Positions 27,163-40,203 of a DNA stretch of 64,000 nt are shown piece by piece. Location of the stretch: NCBI GenBank assembly GCA_013265495.1, contig MU057930.1, forward strand, positions 133,599 through 197,598, read 5' to 3'. The DNA is from Vicugna vicugna (Eukaryota). Position numbers and translations under genes: made by a program. How positions within the stretch are numbered: position 1 is the stretch's first letter; each line of letters begins with the position of its first letter. The notes beneath the pieces were generated by a model that saw nothing but the letters and a program-made list of their open reading frames with translations, made no database searches and was not told the DNA's origin.

Positions 27163-29018
27163 GTTCTTGACAATACTCTGCTCATGTTGTTAGCATGTCT
27201 GCTTATTTGCTCAAAACAAAACAGAGAATCAGGGAGGAGCTAGAAGGATTAGGTAGGGCTCCCCTGGCCTCATACCAATGGGAAACTGCATGGACAAGGC
27301 CCTCAACAGGCTGAAGCAGCTTTGGGCTGGGGGGCAGAGAACCAACTCTGCAGAGCGTGGGATGTCCACTCTGGAAGCACCCCGATCTGGCTAGGCGGGG
27401 TCCGGCGAGTTTGCAGGGAGACCTGCCAAGAGGAAGCGCAAGACCTGACCGACAGCCACCGAGGCACAGGGAGGCGCGGCTCCCGCCAGCCATGCCCTTG
27501 GGCGGTAGGTCCCGGCACTGAGAGTGACGGCCCACCACCAGGACTGGCGGGACCGCACTCTGGGGCCTCGAGCCTGGATGCAAATTCAGCAAGGTCAAGG
27601 TTGAGGACCACCGCCAAACCACCTCCATCTGGCCAGGTCTCAGCACCTCCCACCTGTCTCGTCATGACCACCCCCCCAGCCATGGACCTCCCCCTGGAGT
27701 CTCCACAGACAGCTTCTGATGTTAAATACAGCATTGCTTTCATGTTTCGCTCAATGCACAAAGAACTAGTTTAAAAGGATGCTCGCGCACGCACACATGT
27801 GTGTGTGTGTGTGTGTCTGTAGAATCAAGGGCTCACCTCCTCACTGGACCCACCCCCCACACCCCTCGCAGGAGTGACCACTCATCACGCTGGTGCAGAC
27901 CTGCTCCCCTCCCTGCTCAGACCCTCCCTCCAGTCATTCTGGACACGGGGTCCACCGTCTGCAGGTTCCCCATCTCAGCTGCAGACACTGGGGCTCACCC
28001 GGCTCCTGTCCAGACAACCTCCCTGGCCCCACGTCCACCTCCAGGCCAGGTGAAGCCTGAGCCCCACTGACCACCATCCGCTCCCTTGCGAGAGCCCCGC
28101 TCTAAGAAGCAGAAGGACCAAAACCAGGCCGGCCACCCCGCCGGGGACGCACAGCCCCACCACCGACTCGGAGAGGGGCCGCCCTTTCCCTGAACTCAGA
28201 CGCCCGGGGCTGCCCGGACAAAGCAGCTCAGTTCATGCATTTACTTCGTGTCTCATGATAGAGAACTGGGAGCAGATGGAGCAGTGGGGGGTGTCACCAG
28301 CTCTGATGCACGGGACATGCCTGCTCTCCGAAGGGACACTGCCGTCCTGGGTGATCAGAGGTCAACGCCTGGCCCTCTCCAGCGCAGGGTTGCTGCCAAA
28401 TCTTTCTCCCTTTCATCCATATAGGTTAGGCTGAACACACCCTCTTAGCTCCAGTGACCAAGCTAGTGATGGGCATCTCTTTTATTGAACATTAAGGCAG
28501 CAGTCGCGGGCTCGGACAGCACTCAAGAAGACTGGAATCGGGAGACATGCCACGGACATGTGGGCAAGCCCCAGGCTGAACAGGTAGACAGAGCTCCCGG
28601 GGACGCACGACGGAGCAGCACTGAACCTGTCGGACCCAGCACCGCTCTGTTTGGTCTATCGTCCCATCGAGAACCCACAAGAACTGGAAGCACCTGCCAG
28701 CAGGTGCATCGACGGTGCCCGAGGGAAGGCGGGCCTCTGAGGACCCGGGAGACAGAAAAAAAAGGCAAACGGGTCCGTTTCACAAGGAACGCCTTCCCCA
28801 GGAGATGCCCCCACTGCAGCATGCTTGCGGCCATTTCCCACTCTCTGAGGAGGACCAGAAACCCCCCTCTCCAAAAGAAAAGCACGTGAAAGGAGAGACA
28901 TCTCCGCGCACGGCCGCGCCCGTCGCCCAGCCCCGGCTCCCACGTTGGGTCGCAGCCCCGCCGTGAACACGGCTCAGCCCCAGCGGAACAGCCATCTGTC
29001 TGTCAAGCAGCCACATAC

Positions 29019-29087
29019 CTTTCTCATTCAGGGTTTCTTCTTTTATCTTCCTCACGACTTCCAGGGCTTTGCCATCATTATTTCCCG
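29019..29087 (-). CDS. DHRSX: DHRSX internal coding exon (exon 3), 69 nt, phase 1/1
   Basis: Encodes (A)GNNDGKALEVVRKIKEETLNEK. Acceptor ctttttcttttcctcgtag-like tract ending AG at 29089-29088; donor AAG|gtatgt at 29018. Splices in frame with the 34488-34595 exon. Confidence 0.93.
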
Positions 29088-29419
29088 CTACGAGGAAAAG
29101 AAAAGGCATTTTTCAGAGGAAGGAAACGACCCCTCGTGAAACGATGTTTTCTTGAGGTGCCAAGTGCCTCCTTGCAGGCTGGTGGTGAATGTGACCCTCA
29201 GCGCCGGGGGTGGGTTCAGTGTATCCACTGAAGACCGATTTCCGTTAGCCTGAATGGGCCACAAGGACGCATTGCTCTGACATTTCATTTTTTAACGATT
29301 CCAGGCACACAAGGCACCTGGTGGCACCATGACCATGGGGACTCCCAGAAGAGCCTGAGCATAAAAATGTCGGCAGAAATGTCAGCGTAGACACAGAACT
29401 CCCTAAGCAACACGTTTTG

Positions 29420-29812
29420 TTGTGTTTTTTGTTTTTGTTTTTGTTTTTAACTGAAGTATAGTCAGTGACAGGGTGACAATTTCTGGTGCAGTGCACAAGG
29501 TTTCAGTCACGCATGTACATACATATATTCGTTTTCAGATTCTTTTCCATTACAGATGACAAGAAGATACTGAACACAGTTCCCTGTCCTCTACGTATAA
29601 ACGATGTCTATCTAATTTATATATAGTAGTTAGCATCTGCAAATCTCGATCTCCCAGTTTACCTCCCACCCACCTCCTTTCCCCTTTGGTAACAATCAGT
29701 TTGTTTTCTATGCCTGTGAGTCTGTTTCTGTTTTGCAAATAAGTTCGTGTCATTTTTCAGATTCCACACATAAGTGATCTCATATGGTATTTTTCTTTCT
29801 CTTTCTGGCTAA
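29420..29812 (-). mobile_element. LINE-1 3' UTR fragment
   Basis: T-rich tail, ctgaagtatagtcagt, gtgagtctgtttctgttttg, agattccacacataagtgat. Confidence 0.85.
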
Positions 29813-29864
29813 GCAAATTTTTAATACCTTTTCTAAATTTTTGTTTTGAGCATGGAGTATTCAG

Positions 29865-30153
29865 ATTTATTTATTTTTAACGGAGGTACTGGGGATTGAA
29901 CCCGGGACCTCGTGCATGCTAAGCACGTGCTCTACCATTGAGCTACACCCTCCCCAACCTTCTTTTTTTCTAATACAAAAATCTTCAACTTTTTTTTCCT
30001 ATTTTTAATGCTTTGGGGGGCTAGTAATTAGGTTTATTTCTTTACTCGTTTGTATTTTATTTTACTTTTTTAACAGAGGTACTGGGGATTTGAACCCAGA
30101 ACCTCATGCACACTAAGCACACGCTCTACCACTGAGCTCTACCTTCCTCCCCC
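29865..30153 (-). mobile_element. Two tandem vic-1-like SINEs
   Basis: gaggtactggggattgaaccc...gagctacaccctcccc (29865-29955) and a second copy with a taattaggttt tail (30010-30153). Confidence 0.9.
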
Positions 30154-32360
30154 AGAACTTCCGAAGCAACTTTTGGTCCCACTGCGCTCCTGGGCGACTC
30201 AAGCTATAAAAACCATCTCGGGACATTTCCACCATCAGCTCAAGAAGCCCGTAAAAACAGGCAGGTGCAATTCCAGGAACGTTCGTTTTGAAGGATGGCC
30301 ATGGGTGTCTGGTGTACGAGGAAGGCGCTACGGTTTAAAAAGACAAGGGCATTGGGGGGCAGTAAAGTTAATGAGGTTTCTTTCATGGCTGAGCAGGTGG
30401 CAATGAGGGTACAGGGTGAAGAATGGGGGTGTTGCGTTTCCAAACATCCCTGAGCAGACAGCCCTCGGTTTCAGGGGCGCACAGCGGGGCTGGTGCGCCC
30501 GGCGGGGCTGGTGCGCCCGGCGGGGAAAAGCTCAGTAGACCGTTTCCCAGGCACCAGCTTTGTGCAGAGCTCGGCCTGGGGCAGCGTATCAGCCCCTCTG
30601 CAGGGTGAGCCAAGCCTGAAACTCCCTGAGGGGTGAGTCGTGGGAGAGCTTGGACAGAGGGCGATTGGAGCAGGCAGCTGGAGAACACAGGCGTGGGTGT
30701 GAAGTTTCGGGGCCCCCCACCCCCCGAGAACCAACAGGTGGAAGGAAGACACCAGCTGAGCGGCCTGGGAGGAGCACGTCCAGCCCACCTCGCCCTCCCT
30801 GCGGCGTCCAGCCCCGCTGCTGGTGAGATGGAAGTCCTCTCGGGTCAGACCGTCTTAAGGTCTCCAGGAAAATACACCACCAAGCGCAGCTTTCCAGGGG
30901 CGTTTCTGTTCACAGACACTGTGTTTCCTCTGCACACGCTAACGAGGGTCTTCCCTGCCATTTCACTCCGTATTACAGACGCCGTGTCACTGACAACTGT
31001 CCCGGAGAAATCTATACCATGGCCCTTTCCAAAACCAAAAAAAAAAAGAGAAGTGTTTACAGCCAAGAGTTGCAAATAAACACATAACAGAGGAGCAGGG
31101 GTGAACCCAGTGAAATCGGAAATGCCTTCAGCTCCATCTGGACACGGAATCGTGGCCAAGGACATCTTCCCGATGGAACCAAAAGGAACACATACGCTGT
31201 CGCTGCCTGGGAGGAGTTCAAAGTCACAGGCATCAAGACGACCGTCCTCCAAAAGCAATTCGCACCTCCGGCTCCCTGCAGGGAATTAACGTGATGCGGT
31301 TGCTAGGTTGTGGCTTGCGGAGTCTTCCAGTACTGATGAGGGGTGGGGGCGGGAAGGCGTGTCTTCCATCTCTAAATATTCTAGGTGGTAAAGACCCCCC
31401 CCAAAAAATCAAGGGTAAGCTGGGGCCACGGACACGTCTGAGCTAGTTTTTGAAATCTCTGTGATTTTTAAACATTCAGTTGCCATCTGCCACCGGGCTG
31501 CCCTCCAGTACTAAACTGTCTTGGCATCAAGGGCTGGGAGGGCAGAAACTCAGAGGAAGTAACAGAGAAGCCCCAATTCCCCGAAAAAGATAAGAGAGGC
31601 CAGAGAAAGCTGGCGGGGGTGGGAGGGGTGGAACTGAGTGGCAAACTGGCCACGGTGCACGGTGCCCCTGGACGGGCAGGACACCCTGAGAACTCAGGCA
31701 GGCAAGGCTGGCACTGTGTGGGAGCGATGGCCGGGCACTTTGAGGAGGGCACGAAGGTCATCTTCAGCAGATGCCTCCTCTGAGCGGGGTCTGGAACGCT
31801 TGGCCGTGTACAGTGGCTTAGGATCCGTCTCCACTCACGGAGTAACGACTGCTCAGGAGGTCACACTCCACCAGATAGGAGGGGGCGCAGACACGGCAGG
31901 GTGACAACTCATACATGCCATGCGTCCCACCGACAGGCCACCCAACTCTCAGGGGAACCGTGTCACTTGGGAAGGACAACCTCTCATCTCCAGAACCCCT
32001 CCCTGAGGATGGCACCCTGCCCATGAGATTTTAAACATCCGCAGAAAGCCGCAGAACTCCCACTTGTTTTAAAAAAAAAAAAAGGAAAAAAGATGCTAAG
32101 TTAAAAAATAATAAAATAAAGTGTCTAAAATTCCCAAAAAAATACAATAAAATAGGTAAGTTACAAGTTCATACTGTAGAGCACAGGTAACTATATTCAA
32201 TATCTTGTAGTAACTTACAGTGAAAAACAACATGAAAACGCACACGGGTATGTTTCTGTATGACTGCAATATTGTGCTGTACACCAGAAACCGACCCACT
32301 GGAAACTGACTAGACTTCAATAAAATTGTATTTAAAAAAAAAAAAGATTTTGAACCCAAA

Positions 32361-32575
32361 GCAGGGTCAGCAGACTACAGACCTAGGGCCCCATCTGGCT
32401 GGTCACTTGATGCAAAAAGAAAAAAACTTTGTTGGAAGATGGTCCACCAACCCCGTTCCTTTTTAAAGAGCACTGGTCGTGGCTGCTTTTCTGCTTGTAA
32501 GGGCAGAGCTGATCATGGTGAGAGACCTCTGATGGAATTTACCACCTAGCCCACACCAGAAAAAGTCTGATCTAA
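32361..32575. mobile_element. MER58-like hAT MITE (diverged)
   Basis: cagggtcagcagactacag..gggccccatctggc, gtggctgctttt..ggcagagctga. Confidence 0.5.
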
Positions 32576-32614
32576 AATCTCAGATGACCCTTCATGAAGA
32601 ATTATGAAGAAGAG

Positions 32615-32728
32615 CGAAGGGTAGAGCTCACTGGCGGAGCGCATGCTTAGCATGCATGAGGTCCTGGGTTCAATTCCTGGTGCCTTCTCTAAAAATTAAT
32701 AATTACCACCTCACCCCCCAAAAAAAGA
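32615..32728 (+). mobile_element. vic-1-like SINE
   Basis: gggtagagctcactggcggagcgcatgcttagcatgcatgaggtcctgggttcaat; flanked by aagaattatgaa direct repeats (TSD). Confidence 0.88.
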
Positions 32729-34487
32729 ATTATGAACAAAGAAGGACTGTCCACCAAAAGAAACAGTAAGAACTAAGATGCTGTGAATGGATGGGACACT
32801 GAATAGCTAATGCATTCATGGCCATTCTATTATGTTTGATTTGGACCCAGACAATCATTTCAAATCCTTAGCAAGTAACTGATTATTCTGTAAGTACTCA
32901 TCGCTTCGGGACTGAGGAAATGTGAACCTGGCTATACCCACCTCTTACTCTGTATTTAAGATAAAAAGGCATTGTGTCCAATCATAACATTTCATGACGT
33001 GACCTTCTATCAAACCGTTATGGAAGAGAGAAAAATTGTCCCACCCAGGATATATTCAACTATCCCCTCAAAGACTCAGGGAGGAGATGAGAGTCCCCAT
33101 GTGACTGGACTGATGGGACGGTCAACGCTGTGCCCCACAGTGGAGGGTGGAACAGAGGCATCGGAAGCTCAGTGGGAAAGAAGGCACAGGTGGGTGAGAG
33201 GTGTCACTGACTCTTGGTTTAACTCAACAAAGGAAGGATCCTTGGTGCTCGGGTGGGTACTGTTCCTGATGGTCAAGAAGATCACCTAAATGGGGTGAGG
33301 ACAGTCAGGGCTCCAGTCCTTGAATGCACGGGTGCCACACACTTAGTGATGTATGTTCACTGCATGTGTGTGCAGTACACACTCTTCACCCAACCACACC
33401 TCCTGGTGACTTTCCCAACTAGACTTCCTCTTAAACAACCACACTAAGGCAAAAAGCACAGAAATGGGACGTTTTTTCTTTTTTTCTTTGTATTCCAACA
33501 TTGCCCAGTTTCACAAAGAATTAAGAAGCTGAAGATGACAGCCCTGGAGGAGTCATGGGGACAGAGTAACCAGCTCCCCATCTTTGTTCAGACGGGAGGG
33601 TCCCTCTGGGTCCAGCTCCACCAGCGTCTTTCCACCACTAGCCCAGATCCAGTTGGTCATCAGAGGGGACCTATGACTTCCCATTCAAGAGGTGACCTGA
33701 CTTTGACCAAGTCACCCAAACACTGGCAGAAACCCAAGACAACACTGGCAGAATCCAAGCTTGTCACGTCTCTAACGATACCACAGAGGCTGACTCACCA
33801 CGGGAAGTCAAAGTCAGGGGGTTGGGATCCATCACCATCTCATTTGTTCTCCCAGCAAACTCTTGGGTTCTGTTCCGACCCTCTGCTCCCACACCCTAAC
33901 TCCTGGCTGTTCTCAGGCCCCAGAGCGACATAAACAGATTGCACAGGTGCCCAAGTTGATCAGGAGCTCCAGAAATACACCCTCAGATGCACCCCTGTCT
34001 CCCACAAGACCTCCTAATCTGCAATCAACCCACTGTCACCCAAGGGGACGTACGGACACTCATAAAGTTGGTCGTTTCAGGTTCAAAAGCTTTTAACATG
34101 TCTGCATCTATTCAGAGAAAGGGAGTCAGACACATTCCTGAAGGAAAGAACCCTTCACTCTTAGATTCCAGCCACCAGGATTGTAAGAAAGACGATCTCT
34201 GTCATTTAAACTCCCAGGTTTGTCATGCAATTTGGTATGGCAGCTCTAGCAAAGGAATTCACATTTATTGTTGTTTTAGGATGACTATTTAAGCAGAGTC
34301 TCCACTCAGGTCCAAACAAAGGGCTGTCTCCATCCCCTGTTTCTTTGGTTTCTGAGTCTGACCCTTCACGTCTCCCACATCCGACCGTTTGGTCGGTAAG
34401 GACGTCAATGCTTACAGACACAAATCAGCGAACAATGGTGTATGTCCCACGCGCTTTAAAGCACAAAGGCCCGTAGAAGGCAATCAC

Positions 34488-34595
34488 CTATGATGACGTG
34501 CATGCCGAGCTTGGCCAGACACTTGGCGGTCGCGTAGCCGATGCCGTCCGTCCCGCCGGTCACGACAGCAACACGCTCGGGTTGTGCAGGGAAGA
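34488..34595 (-). CDS. DHRSX: DHRSX internal coding exon (exon 2), 108 nt, phase 1/1; SDR Rossmann-fold cofactor motif
   Basis: Encodes (V)FPAQPERVAVVTGGTDGIGYATAKCLAKLGMHVII(A), containing TGxxxGIG. Polypyrimidine tract and tgcag| acceptor at 34597-34596; G|gtgatt donor at 34487. Matches the human DHRSX N-terminal region as I recall it. Confidence 0.95.
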
Positions 34596-35519
34596 CTGCA
34601 GAAGAAGGAAAAAAGAAAACAGAGTAAGGCTGAGAAGCAGAGCGCACGTGGGCATGAATGAAGCCACGAGGGAGGGCGTGACGCCCACGGGAGCTGTGGC
34701 TCGGTGTCTGTGGCTTCGCTCCTCTCGGATTCCTGCGGGCTCCCGGTGCGGGAATGTAAGACAGGGGTGTGCCCTGAGTAACCACAGCCCGGTCAAGACA
34801 CCTGATGGGCACCTGCTCATCCCCCACGGACAACCCCCTTCCCCCGAGAATGCTTCCCAGCACCGCGCGCATCCCAAAGAGCACGTCTTTGGTGGGGAGC
34901 CCCAGTGAGGCCTTTGGGCTCCCTGCAAAGTTCCCAGGCACCCAGCCCGGATTCTCCTCCAGGGATTCCAGCTGCATTTGGGGTTAGTTCCTGGGAAGAT
35001 GGGCAGGATTAATAAAAATGCTATTCTCGTAGGCTCTGGAGGTGTGCAGAGAGGCGTCCCAGCATGGCGCTGCAGGAAGGAGCCGTACACAGGGTCCAAG
35101 GCCACCTCCCCTGTGCAGACGGGAAGTCTGAGGACCCCGGGTCTGAGACATGACGGGGGCGTGGGTCTCCCAACGGGGTGACCGGGGGCTTCCCCACATC
35201 TTGTCACCTTGGCATCCATCTGTACCTCCAGCCCCCAAACACGCAGGGGAACAGGTTCTGAGGGCGTCCTGAGCACGGGCAGTGCCGACTGCATACCCTG
35301 AGCTGGGATCCTGGGCTGCAGGGACATCTTACAGCTCCGAGGGCAACCACCTTGGAAACTGTCTCAGGAGTCCCAACCCCCCGTCTCACAGCCAGCTTAG
35401 ACAGGCACCGAGAGTTAAGACGGAAGGGACTAGAATAGAGGTTCCCCAGGCTTCCCGATTTATGGCACACAGACTGCCCAGATGTGTTTTCACACCTCGG
35501 CTAAGGACAAACAAACCAA

Positions 35520-36600
35520 ATTTAAATATATGCATATAATATCTGTTTATATAAATGTAACTGAAACATATGTTTATACTTAAATACTTATATACATTAA
35601 CTTTTTTGTTATATAAAAATTATATATTTTAAATGTTAAATATTTTACATTTTAGCATATTAAAATAAATTCAATATATAAATACATTTAACATATAAAT
35701 TAAGTTGATTAAAAAAGAGTAAATAGGATATGTAATTTAATAAGATACAGTACAAAAATAAATTTTTATCTTAACACAAATATTCATAAATATAAATATT
35801 TACAAACATTTAAATTTTATAATTGTATTTATACATTGTATGAATACATATAACATTCATAAATATTTATATTTATTTTAGGCTTATTGTATATATATGA
35901 AATTTTTATGTATTATATTAATATTTGCAACATTTTAAAGCTTATTTTAGATGTGCAATATTCACACCCATTAAGTACTTTATACTTTTATTTATGCAAA
36001 AGTTAATTTATAAATTTAAAATGTTAAATATTTTGCATGTTCATATCAGTGTATTAAAATATATTTAGTATATAAATACATTAAACATATAAAATAAGTA
36101 AATAAGATAATAGCAAATAAGATGTATTACTTAATAAAATATAGTCTAAAAATACTTTTAACAAAAATATTGATAAATATATGTATCTATATTAAAATTT
36201 TACATTTGTAATATCTACATACAATATACGTATTTATAACATACATTTACTTTACCTCCAATATTTATATTATTTATACTTGTTTATATATCATGTGAAT
36301 ATTTATATTTATAAATGTATTCAATTTATATGTATATATTAAATATATTTAATTTATGTAAAAATTATATTCATATATTTTAAAGATTAACTATTTTACA
36401 TATTTGCTTTACATGTAAATAATACATTTAATACGCAAAGTGTATTTAATATATAAGATGAGTACATAGATAACAAACAGGATGTGTTATTTAATAAGGT
36501 GGATAACATAAAAATAAAACTTTATTTTAACAGAAATACATAAAATATGCATTATGTGAAACAAACATTAAATATAGAATATGTGTAAGTAAACGCTCGA
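35520..36600. repeat. AT-rich low-complexity block made of about three diverged ~370-390 bp units
   Basis: Related segments ttttaaatgttaaatattttacat.. begin near 35627, 36015 and 36378. Confidence 0.75.
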
Positions 36601-36749
36601 GGTAAAAATTCAAAACTTGCTACCAGAGATAAAGAATTCTCTCAAAGGCTCGTTAGCACACGCAACGCAATTAAGGCCGAAACCGGTCAAGTTGACTGTA
36701 GCTTGACAGAAATTATTCAAGCTAAACCACAAAAAGAACATTTGTCAGG

Positions 36750-36895
36750 CGGGGGTGGGCAGAGCTCAATGGTACAGCACAACCCTAGCGTGCACAAGGT
36801 CCTGGGTTCAAGCCCCAATACCTCTGTTCAAATAAATAAATAAAACCTAATTACTCCCGTTCACCCCCAATAAAAATACAAAAGAACATTTTTTT
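36750..36895 (+). mobile_element. vic-1-like SINE
   Basis: agagctcaatggtacagc..ggtcctgggttcaagccccaatacctc, aaacctaattac tail; TSD acaaaa(a)agaacattt on both sides. Confidence 0.85.
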
Positions 36896-38299
36896 AAACA
36901 GGGAAAGAAGACGCAGTGTTTCCGAGCACTGGACACCGTCCAACGTGGACCACACGCTCCTGGACCCCCAGAGGGAGGCGGCGGCTGTGAGTTCCGAGAC
37001 GGGGAGGCTGGAAATTCTCCAGCAGGAGACAGCGCCCGAGCACTGCGGGCTCGATCTCAGTTCCCTTCTCTGTGGCTTTGTGTGTTTTCTGGCAGTGCAC
37101 AGAAATCACTTCCCTCACGAGTCACCGCTCTCTGGCGGAGCCAAGCTGTCCAGACATTCTGAGATCCCTCTACACACACACCCTACTGCATGTGAATCGG
37201 CCACAACGTCCAGCAGCCCCAACGGGGCGTGAACACGTCTGTAGCTTTTACAAGGTGACCGTGTGTGGTGTTTAATGTCACATGGACATTTCCCACCTCA
37301 AAGAACCGACCACAGGATGAGCAAATAATGTTGTAAACTGGTTCACGGGTCCATGGGATGTCACAAAATGAACTGGGACCCGGGACGTGAGTGGCTTTCT
37401 CGCCTTCCCACGTACATGTCAAGGCTGTGGACAAGAGCCCCTTGTGTCTCCAACACAAGGTCCCCAGGAGCTGCCTTTCTGCAGTTACTATTGGAAAAGC
37501 AGCCTTCACCCGCACAAAAAGATGCTGAACATCGCTCATCAATAGGGAAATGCAAACCAAAACCTAGTTGTGCCCCCACAAAAAATAAAAATAAATGCAT
37601 TTTAAAAGAAAAAAAAAGAAATCTCAAGTGAAGAGATCCAACGGAGACAGATTTTCGTGGGCACCTGCAATGTCCCCAAAGCTGTCTATTGCTAAGGAGA
37701 GGCTGCGGGAAATTGAACAAAGGTATTCATAACGGCTCCCACGTGAGCAAGGTCTACAGTCCCTTCTCCGGGGCGGACGAAACTCAGAGAACCCTGAATC
37801 GGGTGTAGGGCATTGACCAGAAAACGCAAGAGACGGCCAGGAGAGAGGCTGCCCCTTCCAGCCCCCCGAGGACGGTGTTTGCACCTCCACCACCTGCATC
37901 CTGCCACGTCACATCCACACAAAAGGTTCATCCGCCCATGGAGGCCACACCCCCACGGAGGGGATGAGAAGGGGCATCTGGGGATGGTGAGTGGAGGGAT
38001 GGCGGGGAGAAAGGCACTGGACTTGAGGTCAAGGAACCCATCCCTCCAAGATGTGCTAAGGACAAGATGACCATCCTGACACTGGGAAACCAAGGCAGCC
38101 ATGAGCCAGTCCCGACCTTCCCCAGGGAGTGGACTTCCAGGGTAAGCGGCTGACACCACCCTCCTAGAACAGTCCGGGTGTCAGGCTGTCAAATCCCCGA
38201 GCCCTGGTCTGGGAGGTGCACCTTCCTCTGCCTTCTGCCGAGAGCCAAGGACAAGGATGTCACAGGTCCTCCCTGGTCATGTGAACATCAAGGCTCCCA

Positions 38300-38829
38300 G
38301 GATGACTTAACACGTCAACCTGGCCGGGCTGTGGGGCCCAGATACCTGGTCAGACATCACTCTGGGTGTTTCAGTGAAGATGTTTTGTTGGATGAGATGA
38401 ACGTTTACATCAGTGGGCTTTAAAGAGGAGAAGGTATAGCTCAGTGGTAGAGTATGTGCTTAGCATGCACAACGTCCTGGGTTCAATCCCCAGTCCCTGT
38501 GTTTACATAAATAAAGAAACATAATTACCTCCCCAAGCCACACACACAAAAAGTTAAATTAAAAAAAAATTTCAGTGGACTTTGAATGAAGCAAATTGTC
38601 CTCCCTGGTCTGGGTGAGCCCTGTCTAATCAGGTGACAGCCTTAATAGAATAAAGACTGAGATTCCCCAGGGAAGAGGGAATTCTGCTTCCACGGGGCCT
38701 TTAGACTCCAACTGCAAGTCTCCCATGGGTTTCCAGCCTACTGGTACACTGTGCAGATTTTGGACCTGCTACACCCCAAAATTACATGGGCTAATTCCTT
38801 AAAATGAATCTCTCCATAGATAGATAGAC

Positions 38830-38863
<34 letters not shown>

Positions 38864-39130
38864 GATAGATGGATGGATGGTTGGATGGTTGGATGGATGG
38901 ATGGATGGTTGGATGGATGGTTGGATGGTTGGATGGATGGCTGGATGGACAGATGGATGGATGGACAGACAGACAGGTAACTTGAAACATGACAGACAGT
39001 ACATGCATAGATGATATACTGAAAGGTGACAGATAAATAACAGGGCACAGATGGATAGATAACTCAGATAGATAGATACAGACATACATAAAGCTGCAGA
39101 TACAGTATGAGATAAGAAGTGAGACATTTC
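38300..39130 (+). mobile_element. MLT2-like (ERVL) LTR interrupted by a vic-1-like SINE (38425-38570) and ending in a (GATA)/(GGAT) microsatellite (38817-39090)
   Basis: cttaacacgtcaacctggccgggct, ggatgagatgaacgtttacatcagtgg, ctaattccttaaaatgaatctct; SINE TSD tcagtgg(g/a)cttt. Confidence 0.8.
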
Positions 39131-39849
39131 TATTGTAAGTATAGCCCATGTAATATTTGGGATCGCTTATACTAAAAAAAAAAAAAAAAAGCCTGTGCAT
39201 TATGTATCTTGCGTCCGTGCTGACGGCATTGCTGCTGAGAGAGTGGACTCTTGAGCCAAATGTGTGCAAGCACATCCTGGGTGTTCCATCCAGAACACGC
39301 TTTCTCATTTCGGGCAGCATTGGACAAACGTTTCCAAAGCTCTCAGTTCCGCCTCCGCTTTGATGACCGATGCCATCTCGAAATCGTATCTCCCTCCTTG
39401 CATTTCACCCTGAGTACTCAGGAGAAACTAGTCCATGCCACTGACTCTGAGCTGAGAAACTTCCTTCCGAAACAACCAAGTGCACCACGCACAAGGTCTA
39501 CGGTCCACAAAACACGGGGACACGGCTCAGCCGAGCTCTTTGCCACAAGAGCCTCGGTTCCGGTGCCCAGTAACACATTCTCCCCGAAAGCCCTTCCGAT
39601 GCCCCCACGTCTGCCTCCATTCTGCTCCTGGGGACACAAGTCCACCTCTAGGACCCCCAAGGTTTCCCGGCAGTCTCCCTGTTCCCCCGGAGCCCTCCTC
39701 AAAGGCACCGTCCTCGTCCACATCTCCACCAGCACTGCCGACACCTCCTCCGTCCTGCACCTCAAACCCCCTCCACCTCTGCCCGCCACCCACGCCATAC
39801 CCACTTCTACATGTTTAGGAGCCTGTTCCCATGTCCTCCCACACCTGGA

Positions 39850-40203
39850 TGAGTGTCCCAGGGCCATCGTAACAGAGGCCCCCAAACGAGGAGCTCTCCC
39901 CAGTTCCAGGGACCAACGTCCAAATTCACAGCGTCTGCATCAGGGAGCATCCACCCCAGGCCTCTGTCCTCGGCATGTGGACAGCATCTTCTACGTGGTC
40001 CTCTTTCTAAGCGTCTGCGCCCATGTTTCCCCTCTGTACGAGGACCCCAGTCCTGTTGGAGGAATCACCCCAATGACTTCATCTTAACTCACTCATCCAC
40101 AGGGACCTACTTCCAAATAAGATCACCTGCCCAGGTGTGGGAAGCTGAGACTCCGACACATCCTTTTTTGGGGGGGCGGGTCATGATTCCAACTGTGACA
40201 ACA
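39850..40203 (-). mobile_element. MaLR-type LTR (diverged)
   Basis: ccagggccatcgtaacaga, atgacttcatcttaact, ctacttccaaataagatcac. Confidence 0.55.

Noticed and set aside
1..29018. Further DHRSX exons (exon 4 onward)
   Set aside because: I found no match to the expected continuation (EFLYCDLAS...) by eye or in the ORF track; they likely lie beyond the window's left edge.
30484..30525. Perfect 18-bp tandem duplication (gcggggctggtgcgcccg x2.3)
   Set aside because: Ordinary local slippage duplication; no spacers or other structure, so not CRISPR-like.
34456..34977. 173-aa ORF containing the SDR motif, as a stand-alone gene
   Set aside because: Only 34488-34595 is DHRSX-like and it is bounded by canonical splice sites; the rest is intron read-through.
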